A program made the translations under genes and the position numbers. Shown one piece after another: positions 36,031 through 46,499 of a DNA stretch of 64,000 nt (positions are counted from its first letter, which is position 1; the number at the start of each line of letters is the position of its first letter). The notes under the pieces were generated by a model. It saw nothing but the letters and a program-made list of their open reading frames with translations. It was not told where the DNA came from and searched no databases. Origin of the DNA: Chiloscyllium plagiosum. Its lineage: Eukaryota. The stretch spans positions 15,017,585-15,081,584 of the forward strand of contig NC_057752.1 in assembly GCF_004010195.1 (NCBI RefSeq), given 5' to 3'.

Positions 36031-37986
36031 ATTCAGCCATATCCGTTATCCACTGTACCCATTTCTCTGGGTGCTCTGGTTTCCTCCCACAGTCCAAAGA
36101 TGTGCAGGTTAAGTGAATTGGCCATGCTTAAATTGTCAATTAGGTGCATTAGTCAGAGGGAAAAAGAGTTTGGATGGGTCACTCTTTGGAGGGTTGGTAT
36201 GGACCTGTTGGACTAAAGGGCCTGTTTCCACACTGTAGGGAATCTAATAATAAAGTTGTCTACTTTGGAATTAAAGAAATTGGGAAGAGGGCTGTTTGAG
36301 GGAAATGCCCCTGCTGAGAGGGATTGATGGTTTATTAGGACTAGTGATGGTAGTAGTAAGGATGCAGTCGTGTAAATCAATAGCTACAGAAATGTAGTGT
36401 TGAATGTGTTGTAAGTGAATTGGAAGACAAATTTTATCCAAGGACAAATATAGAAGCTTCAGATTGAAGGTCATTGACCTGAAATGTTAACTCTGTTCCT
36501 CTCCATGGATGCTGCCAAACCTATTGAGTTTTTTTTTTAAGCTTTTTTGCTTTTGTTTCAGATCTCAACATCAACAGTATTTTGTTCTTTCAAAGAAGAA
36601 GGTAGGGTTGGACCATGGAAAGGGATGTTGGTGGAAGTGGTACAAGTGTGTGATCAGAGATGGACTAACCTGTGGTTGGGAAGAGTGAGGCCATATGAGT
36701 TGGGGATGGCTGTAAATAAAATTCTAGGCAAAACTCAACCACTGGTCTCAGCCAGGCACAGTGAGGGAGCTTGCATGGTTTTCCTTGTTCTGCCCAAAAA
36801 GGGAAGGAATCAAGCAGGCACCCCTCTAGTTCATCCCAACAGTGTTCGTTAGTTGTAGTGAACCAAATATTAGCTTCCCATTAATTGAACCTCACTGTCC
36901 ATCTTTTACAGACCATGCAGAGTTTCATTTGTGACACGACATTACTTATTGTGGACTTTATCACTGACAGATATCCTAACTTCTGTTTGTACTTTGTATC
37001 CTTTTTAAAAAAAAAAGCCACCTGCAGCACTTCTGCTCTCTGACCAGGTCTTCCTATACGATAAAGTTGAATTTGGCTGAATGGGTGAATTGGATAATAT
37101 TAGTGCTGGAAATCTGAAATAAAAACAAAATGCTGAAAATAGTTGGCAGCGGAGTAAAATTGTTCTCAATATTAACACTGTCCAAGATGCTGCCAGCTGT
37201 GCTGAGTATTTCTTGCACTTAATTTTTTTTTAAATTACTGCTGACCCTTCTACCTAAGTCGTTGCATAATCTTTGAAAAGAAACCACAAATTCATACATC
37301 TGGTCTAAACACAGCATTAAATAGTCATGTTAAAGAAAAGATCAGTCATATCATATTTCATGAACGATTCATGTGATAATTGAGCTTTGTGAAACACCAA
37401 TGAAAAGAAAATTGCCAAATAATGGGTTAGGTGAAACGCTCCTCAGATTAGGGTGGAGTTTTGCTGTCGTCCTTCAGAGCTGATGATTCAAGGTGACAAA
37501 ACTAAAAGAAAACATTTTACTGAAACCTGCGTCACGTTTTTACTTGCCTTAAGCTCAGTTTACAAAGTTTAGTATTGCAAGTATCACTTTTAAAAACATC
37601 AGGGCTTTTCTTTTCTCTGTGATTTTCTTCTCCCTGGAGGCACTGATTTCTGAAGGAATGCAGCTCCATTGTTGCCTAACATACTGAGTGACCATCGTTC
37701 ATGTCCAAACAGCAGACATATCACTGATTGATTGATTGTATTGGCTAATAAGCCTGGCCAAGTGACTGACCTGACCATGGGAGAACGTTTTGGAAACTGT
37801 GACCACAACTCTTGAAGTTTTACGATAGCTATGAACAGGATAAGTAAGGACCTTGGAGTAAGGTACTAAATTGTGGGAGGGCAAATTATGTCAGTATTAG
37901 GCACGAACTAGGGAGAGTTAGTTGGGAGCAGCTGTTATCGGGCAAGTCCACGTTTGACAAGTAGGAGTTGTTTAAAGTCCTACTGA

Positions 37987-39078
37987 GGCATGAGATTGAA
38001 GGTAATTTAGCAGTTTGGATTAGAAACTGGCTTTATGAAAGAAAGCAGCGAGTGGTGGTTGATGGAAAATATTCAGCCGGGAGTCCGGTTACTAGTGGTG
38101 TGCCACAAGGATCTGTTTTGGGACCACTGCTGTTTGTCATTTTTATAAATGACTTAGACGCAGGCATAGGTGGATAGATTAGTAAATTTGCAGATGACAT
38201 TAAAGTCGGTGGAGTAGTGGACAATTTGGAAGAATGTTACAGGTTGCTGGGGAGATTTAGATAAGCTGCAGGATTGGGCGGAGAGGTGGCAAATGGAATT
38301 CAATGCAGCTAAATGTGAGGTGATGCACTTTGGGAAGAATAACAGGAAGGCAGAGTACTGGATCAATGGAAATATTCTTGGTAGTGTGGATGTGCAGAGG
38401 GATCTTGGAGTCCATGTACATAGATCCCTGAAAGTTGCCACCCAGGTGGATAGTGCTGTTAAGAAGGCATACACTGTGTTAGGTTTCATTTGTAGAGGGA
38501 TTGAGTTCCGGAGCCGCAATGTCATGCTGCAACTATACAAAACGCTGGTGCGGCCACACTTGGAATATTGTGTACAGTTCTGGTCGCCCCATTACAGAAA
38601 GGATGTGGAAGCATTAGAAAAGGTGCAGAGGAGATTTACCAGGATGTTGCCTGGTCTGGAGGGAAGGTCTTATGAGGAAAGGCTGAGAGACTTGGGTCTG
38701 TTCTCATTGGAAAGAAGAAGGCTAAGAGGGGATTTGATAGAGACATACAAGAGGATCAGAGGATTAGATAGGGTAGACAGTGAAAGTCTTTTTCCAAGGA
38801 TGATGACGTCAGCTTGTACGAGGGGGCATAACTACAAATTGAGAGGTGACAGATTTAAGACAGATGTCAGAGGCAGGTTCTTTACGCAGAGAGTGGTAAG
38901 GGCGTGGAATGCCCTACCTGCCAATGTAGTTAACTTAGCCACATTATGGAGATTTAAACAATCCTTGGATGAGCACATGGATGACGATGGGATAGTGTAG
39001 GGGGACGAGCTGAGAATAGTTCACGGGTCGACGCAACATCGAGGGCCAAAGGGCCTGTTCTCCACTATATTGTTCTAT
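37987..39078 (+). mobile_element. Younger 5'-truncated CR1 with an uninterrupted 235-codon C-terminal frame
   Basis: ORF 38293-39000; same subfamily as 23830-24915 (FPRMMTSACTRGH.YKLRGDRFKTDVRG). Confidence 0.92.
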
Positions 39079-40200
39079 GATCAGGGTTCAGGGCCAGCAT
39101 GTTCCAGGAAGGAACATGCTGGCCAAGGATGGCAAAGTAAGGGACCCTTGGATAATGAGGGAGGTGGTGAATTTAGTCAAAAAGCAAAAGGAAATTTATG
39201 TAAGGGTTAGAAAGCCAAAATCGAACAGGGTCCATTAGGAATATAAAGAAAGCAGGAAAGTACTCTAGCAGGGAATTAGGAGAAAATGAGGGGACATGAA
39301 ATGTCCTTGTCAATTAGGGTTAAAGAGAAACCCAAGGCATTTTATACATTAAAAGCAAGAGGATAACTAGGGAGAGGGTAGGACCACTCGAGGATAAAGG
39401 CGGAAACTTGTGCTTAGAGGCACAGGATATGGGTGAGATCCTAAATGAGTACTTTGCATCAGTATTCACCAAGGAGAAGGCTGAGGAGGAGAGTGAGATG
39501 ATGGTGGGGCATGCTAATACTCCAGGGCATTTTGAGATCCACAAAGAAGTGCTGTTGGGTCTCTTTAAGAGCATTAAGGTGGATAAGAGCCCAGCAGAGA
39601 GGCAAGAGAGGAGATTACTGGGACCTTGACTAAGAGTTTTGTATCCTATAGCCACTGGAGAGATCACAGAGGACTTGCAAGTAGCTAATGCTGTTCCTGT
39701 ATTCAGTAAGGGAAATAAGGATTATCCAGGAAGTTATAGACTGGTGAGTCTCAGATTGGTAATTGAGAAGCAATTGGAGAGGATTCTTAGGATAGAATTT
39801 ACATACATTTGGAAAAATGTGGTCTAATTAGGGACGGTCGGCATGGCTTTGTGCAAGACAGGTCATGTCTTGCAAACTTGATTTTTTTTAAGAGGCGATA
39901 AGGGTGATCGATGAGGGTAAGAGCAGTGGATGGTGTATACGTGGATTTTAGTAAGGTTTTCGACAAGGTAGGCTCATCCAGAAGATTAAGATGCATGGGA
40001 TCCATGGTGACATCGCCGTGTGGATTCAGAATTAGCTTGCCCATAGAAGACAGACGGTGGTGGAAGGGTGTTTTTTCTGGCTGAAGGTCCATGACTACTG
40101 GTGTTCCACAGAGATCCATACTAGGACCTCTGTTGTTTGTGATTCATATAAATGACTCGGATGGAAACATAGATGGATGAGTTTGTAAGTTTGCAGATGA

Positions 40201-41470
40201 TGATGTAGCAAAGTGGAGGTCGACACCCTTCTGATAATTAAAACCAAAACACCCAGAAAAGCTTGCCTCGCTTTGTAATATGATAAAGAGGTGTGACAAG
40301 GGGTACAGCCTACCTCTCGATCCCCAATCTGTTATAAAGGAGTGGTTAAATGAAATGAAATCCTTTCACTCACTCTTTCATCAACAAGTAACAATTTATT
40401 CATTTAACCCTAACAGTGAACAAATTAACAGAAATACTAACAAGGTAAAAACAATGACTGCAGATGCTGGAAACCAGATTCTGGATTAATGGTGCTGGAA
40501 GAGCACAGCAGTTCAGGCAGCGCCCAAAGAGCAGCGAAATCGACGTTTCAGGCAAAAGCCCTTCATCAGGAATAAAGCTGAAGGGCTTTTGCCCGATACG
40601 TCGATTTCACTGCTCTTTGGGCGCTGCCTGAACTGCTGTGCTCTTCCAGCACCATTAATCCAGAATTACTAACAAACCAAACAATTCCTCTCTAACTACC
40701 TATTCCCAAATAAAGCAAGGTTCTAATAGGATGCTGTTTGAATAAATACAAGTCCCACTTTTATAAATCCAAGTAATAAGAAAACAATAAATTAAAACTT
40801 AGTCTCTCAAAGTTCACTCAATGGGTCTTCCAGAACTTTCTGTATCTTCTTCCATTGTCTTCCTCTGTCTGAAATATCTTCTCTGACGTTTTCTCTAAAA
40901 TTTCTTTTGCCTGGAATATTATCGAAAAGTACTGTGCTATGTTTCAGAGATTGTGTTCTGTTTTACGGAGCATGGCGATTTCTTGTGAGAGCCCAATATT
41001 TATTTCTCAGATGGCAGGTTTGCTTTCTCCTCAGATGGCAGTTGGTTCTGCCTGATTTTCCAAAATGCCCTCATCTTTATACCTTTGATGGCATATTAAT
41101 TTCTTTACAATCGATTGGTTTGAGGTCATCAAAACCAACAGTTTTAAATTTAATTAGGTTTTGGTATCCAGGGCCTGGTTTAAATTAATTAGCTAATATT
41201 CGGGCTGGTGGCCTTAGCATCAAAACAAGCCGAGGTTGCCAACAACACTGCCAATTGATACATGTGTTTCAATTTGAACACCTGCAATACTACTGCCCAC
41301 AGACATTGATTTTTAAATCTCCAAGCTTTGGAAAGCACATCATCTCTTAAAGGGACCAAGCACTTTATTAACTCCTGCNNNNNNNNNNNNNCCCCCAACC
41401 ACCATCATTTTTACAAACCAATTCTGGCTTCCCGCCTTCCACTTCATGAGTACTTTACACAACTTTGTAA
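40201..41470 (-). mobile_element. LTR-like non-coding insertion in CR1 (contains a 13-N gap)
   Basis: Interrupts the FADD/TK motif; tttatt at ~40395 (minus-strand polyA signal); clean TSD not seen. Confidence 0.5.
40444..40666. mobile_element. Palindromic PLE pLTR insertion
   Basis: TSD cagaaatactaacaa (40429-40443) and cagaattactaacaa (40661-40675); minus-arm HHR core intact, plus-arm truncated with GATA. Confidence 0.9.
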
Positions 41471-42626
41471 CTAAGATCAGTCGAGTTGTGGATAGTGTAG
41501 AAGGTTGTCAAAGGATACAGCAGAATGTAGATCAGTTGTAGATATGGGCAGAGAAATGGCAGATGGAGTTTAATCTGGGCAAGTATGCAGTGTTTCACTT
41601 TGGGAGATCAAATGTTAAGGGAAAATGTACAGTTAATGGCAGGGCCCTTAACAGCATTGATGTACAGAGGGATCTTGGGGTCCTAGTCCATAGCTCCCTG
41701 AAAGTGGCCATGCAAGTAGATAGGGTGCGAAAGAAGGCAGATGATAATCTTGCCTTTATTGGTCAGGACATTGAGTACAAGAGTCAGGATATGATATTGC
41801 TGCTTTATAAAGCTTTGCGTAGTCCACACTTGAGTATTGTGTTCAATTCTGGTTGCTACATTACAGGAAGGATGTGGAGGCTTTGGAGAGGTTACAGAAG
41901 ACTTTTACCAGGTTTCTGCCTGGATTAGAGGATATGAGCTATAAGGAGAGGCTGTACAAAGTTGAGTTGTTTTTTTCTGGAGCAGCAGAGGCTGAGGCGA
42001 GACTTCAGAGATGTTTATAAAATTATGAGGGGCACTGATAGGGTTGACGGTCAGAATCCTTTTCCCAGAGTTGAAATGTCTAATACTAAGGGGCATGCGT
42101 TTAAGGTAAGTGGGGGAAAGTTCAAAGGAGATGTGAGTGGCAAGTTTTTTTTTTACACACAGTGGCAAGTGTAATGGTGGTGGTAAGCAAGGAATGGAGG
42201 GGAATGGACCATGGGCAGGCAGAAGGGATTAGTTTAATTTGGCATCATGTTCGGCACAACATTGTGGTTCAAAGGGCCTGCTCCTGTGCTGTACTGTTCT
42301 GTGCCCTATGATATTCGGTCATGGAGGGCATGCCAGCCAACATCCTCACTTGAGTGTCAACACAGACGCTTTTGAGCAGTAGTGTGTGGCCAGTAGTCAG
42401 GAGCACAGCCAATTGCTGATATCTTACTCTGGGCCATTGAGGTTACCTGATGGGGTGCGCCTTGGGACCTTGCTAGTTTGCAAGGCTCAACACCATTCTG
42501 AACAATTCAAGTATCTATTAAACTATCAGTGGACAATACCTTTGAGTGTCAATCATCACCAGTACAGTTACTCAATTATTCACTATAAAATTATAATCAG
42601 TATGTAAGCAAGCCAAGGAGGATGAA

Positions 42627-42792
42627 TGACATCACCACAAACCCAGGAACCCCATCCAGGAGAAAGATATAAATAGAAAGCAAGAGACAACAGCTTCGCT
42701 TTACTTGGAGGTCGCCACTGATGATGTTACCTAGCCAGGTAATGAAACGTCTGGATATCAAACCTACAGCTCAGCGAGCAAACCTACACCCT
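42627..42792 (+). mobile_element. Poseidon-type pLTR-only insertion
   Basis: TSD aaggaggatgaa (42615-42626) and aaggaagatgaa (42793-42804); homologous to the pLTR at 2680-2830. Confidence 0.85.
42715..42754 (+). ncRNA. Minimal hammerhead ribozyme motif, intact core
   Basis: CCA-CTGATGA-t-gttacct(agcc)aggtaat-GAAAC-GTC-TGG. Confidence 0.82.
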
Positions 42793-43624
42793 AAGGAAGA
42801 TGAAATAAGTAATGCACACATGATTAAGAGCAATCAGTACTGGACTTCATAATTTGCATTATTCAAAATTAAAGATTTCAAAAAAGAAATCTGTGTATGC
42901 TGTGAACACAGACTGCTCTCAACACCTGCCTACCGGATAGTCACGAGCTATGATTTAAAAAAAAATTCTGCACATTAGCTTAAATCTTTTTGCTGTGGTT
43001 CTTGATGCTTCACCAATGGGAACAGTTTTTTCCTATTCTCTCTGTCCAGATGCCTCATAGATTTGATATAAGTATTCAAAACCATCAACTTCACTCCGTC
43101 TTCTCTTCTTCAAGGAAAACACTCCGTCTTCTCTAATCTGTCCACATAACTGCAGTTCTTCACCCCTCGAACCATTATCATAAATTGGCAGCCTTTCTAA
43201 AGCCTTGACATCTTTTCTGAAGTGTGGTGCCCAGAACTGGATCCAATAGCCCAGCTGAGACCAAGCCTTTTTTAAAGATTTATTATAACTTCCTTGCTTT
43301 TGTACTCTTCCTCTATTTATAAAGCCCAGGATTAAGCGGACCTTATTAACTGCTTTCTCAACCTCTCCAGCCACCTGCGCATAAACCCCCAGGTCCCTCT
43401 GCCCCTATACCCTCTTTAGAATTTTATGCCCTTTTTAGCTTTTGTACTCAGAGGGATTTTGTACTCTGGGACACCTTTATTCCTGTATTCCATCTAGACT
43501 TGCACATTCCAAGTAATAAGTAACCCCTGTTTTTCCTGCCAAAATATATAACCTCATAAGTATCTGTACTGAACATCATTTGTCCATTAAGCAATTTTAT
43601 TACTATCCTATTGTAATTTTTCAT

Positions 43625-44785
43625 GGTCATAGAGTCGTGAAGATCTACAGCAAAGAAAAAAGGCACTTCACCTTATCAAGTCTGCACCAGTCAAAAAGAA
43701 GAACCTAACTTTTATAATCCCATGTTCCAGTACTTGGACCATAGCCTTCCATGCTTGGGCATCACAAGTGAACATCTAAATATTACTTGGATGTTATGAG
43801 GGTTTCTCCCTCTGCCACCCTTGCAGACAGTGAGTTCTGGATTCCCACCACCCTCTGGATGGAAAATATCTTTCCTCACATCCCCTCGAAACAGCCTGCC
43901 CCATACCTTACATTGATATCCCTGGCCATTGATTCCTTCACTGAGGGATCTTGTCTACCCAATCAATGCCCCTCACAGTTTTATACATCTCAATCATGCA
44001 CCTCCCTGCCCCACCTAAGTCTCCTCTGCTCCAAGGCAAACAACCCCAGTCTATCCAATCTCTCTTTATAACTGAAACTGTCTAGTCCAGGCAGCATCCT
44101 GGTAAATTTTGTCTGCACCCTCTCCAATGCTATCACATCCCTCCTCTAATGTAGGTTCCTGCAGATCCTGTAGAGAACACACAATACTCTAACTGTGGGC
44201 TCACAAAAACGTTATGCAGTTCCATCATAATCTCCCTGTTCTTACACTCTAAATAATTACTAATAAAGGCAAGTATATCTTATGCCTTGTTAACCACTTT
44301 ATCCACCTGTCCTGATACCTTAAGGGATTAGTGAACATGTACACCAAAGTCTCTCTGAAGCTCAGTGCTCCCCAGGGTACTGCCATTCAGCTTGTATTCC
44401 CTTACCTTGTTTGTCCTTCCCAAGTGTGTCATCTCACACTTATCAGATTGAAATCCATTTATCACTGATCAGCCCATCTGACCAGCCCGTCCTTATCCTC
44501 CCTTAATCTAATGCTATCCTCCTCAATATTTACCACCCTGTCAATTTTTCTGTCATCTGCAAACTTGCTGATCAACCCTCCAATATTCAAGTCTGAACCA
44601 TTTATATTAACCACAAACAGCGAGAGCCCCAACACTGACCCCTGTGGTATCCCACTGGATGCAGAAGACCAGTCATAAAATCACCCCTTGCCCTCTGTTT
44701 CCTGCTACTTATCCAATTCTGGTTCTAATTTACCAAATTTCTTTTGATCCCATGGGCTCTTGCCTTCGCTATCAGTCTCCCATGG
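43625..44785 (-). mobile_element. CR1 RT to 3' end
   Basis: Reverse complement encodes PQGSVLGLSLFVV, SKFADD, RLDRLGLFALEQRRLR. Confidence 0.8.
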
Positions 44786-45380
44786 CTGACAAACAGAAAG
44801 CTAAGAGTTGATATAAATGGGTCGTTTTCTGGTTAGCAAGGTGTAACTAATGGGATGCCACTGGGTTTGGTCCTTGGGCCACAACAATGTGCAATTTATA
44901 TTAATAACTTGAATGCAAGGACAGCAATACTAACTAAGTTTGTAGATGTCACTAAAATAAGTGGGAAAGTAAGTTGCAATTAAGAAATAAAATTACAAAT
45001 GGATATGGATAGGATTGATGAATGGGCAAAAATTTGGCAGATGGAGTTTAACATATAGGTAGTTCGCCTATAGCGCCGTAGTTGCATTCCAGCAAAACCT
45101 CGCTTAATAGAAAACCGCTTGATATAAATAATGGGGCCTATGGGAGAAGTGGAATTAGGGGCACACCAGCAGAAAATATCACTCATGATTGCTCAAATAT
45201 CACTCAGAAGTTTAACACAAGTTTAGCACAGCCTGAATGAAGGTATAAATTTAACACAGTACATCTAAAAAACAGAGGGTCATCATGGTGCCCGTTTTGA
45301 ATAACGGTACTACAATGGTTTTTTTCCAGTCCTCTGGAACCTCTTCTATGGCCGGAGAGGAATTGAAAATTATTGCCTTA

Positions 45381-45576
45381 AGATTAGAGTGCTGCTGTAA
45401 AAGCACAGTAGATCAGACAGCATCCGAGGAGCAGGAAAATCAACATTTCGGGCAGGAGCCCCTCACCAGGCTTTTGCCCAAAACGTTGATGTTCCTGCTC
45501 CTCGGATGCTGCCTGACCTGCTGTGCTTTTCCAACACCACTCTAATCTCCAGCATCTGCAGTACCCACCTTCGCCT
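45381..45576. mobile_element. Palindromic PLE pLTR insertion (tail on right, HHR cores destroyed)
   Basis: 14-bp TSD AAATTATTGCCTTA at 45367-45380 and 45577-45590. Confidence 0.88.
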
Positions 45577-46025
45577 AAATTATTGCCTTAGTCATGCCTT
45601 CTACCTGAATAATTCCCTTTTAGGTCCTTAATCAGTCCCAGGCACACTCCCACTTTTCCTACACTTTCTCTATTTGTGTGCCTATAGAAAGATTTTGAAT
45701 TACCTTTTATATCAGCTCCCAATCTTTTTGCATACTCTGTCTTTGCTCTCTTTATTTGTTTTTCAATTTCCCTCTGAACATTCTACATTGAGTCTGGTCC
45801 TCCCTTGTGCCAGATCCAGCAATAACTCTTCATTGGACTAAAAACATATTCTCTTGAGACCATCTCAGAAACTCTCCTCTGCCTCTGCTGTTCACACAAT
45901 TATTATTTCAGGTAACGTTAGAATATTTTTTTTTCCATTGTAAATTTCATTATATGCCCCATTTTATCTTTCTCACTATCTGGTGGCCTCAGGTGGCCAG
46001 TTTTGTATTGATGCCTCCACTGTAT

Positions 46026-46080
46026 GGAGGAGAAAGTGAGGTCTGCCTGACCTGCTGCGTTTTTCCAGCAACACATTTCC
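46026..46080. mobile_element. 55-bp PLE mini-insertion (minus-strand tail fused to plus-strand pLTR piece)
   Basis: 13-bp TSD GCCTCCACTGTAT at 46013-46025 and 46081-46093; junction overlap ctgc. Confidence 0.85.
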
Positions 46081-46499
46081 GCCTCCACTGTATCCTCGGT
46101 CTAATGAAATGGATTCTGCTCCGATCCATCTGGGACCTCCTCTCTCTCCAATACTCTAATGTGCTCTTTAGTCAATACTGTTATCCCTCCTTCTTTCTTT
46201 CTTTCCATGTACTTCCGAAACACCTTATATCCAGGAATATTTAGTACCCTGTCCTATTTCGAGGCAGGAGTCAGTTATTGTCGTATCTGTTCTGGAGTAA
46301 CAACCAGGGTGGAAGGTAATAGAGAATATATCCCACTTCAGTATTCTTATTTATGTTGTTAGCCAGAACATGGTTGATAGATTACTATAACAGGTGTTAT
46401 AGCTACAGAGATTGCCCAAAAAGGAGATGGGGAATCGATAAATAGAAGTGAGGGAAGGCTTTGAGTGTTGACAAATAAATGGATGCCTTCCAATGGGCA

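Larger units (their letters stand above)
37730..42310 (+). mobile_element. Old CR1 ORF2 hosting a younger CR1 and an LTR-like insertion
   Basis: Segments 37730-37986, 39079-40200 and 41471-42310 are colinear (…KFADD | TKISRVVDSVEGCQRIQ…). Confidence 0.8.

Noticed and set aside
38293..39000. 235-aa open ORF as a host or domesticated gene
   Set aside because: It is the C-terminus of CR1 ORF2 in a 5'-truncated copy with stops and frameshifts just upstream.
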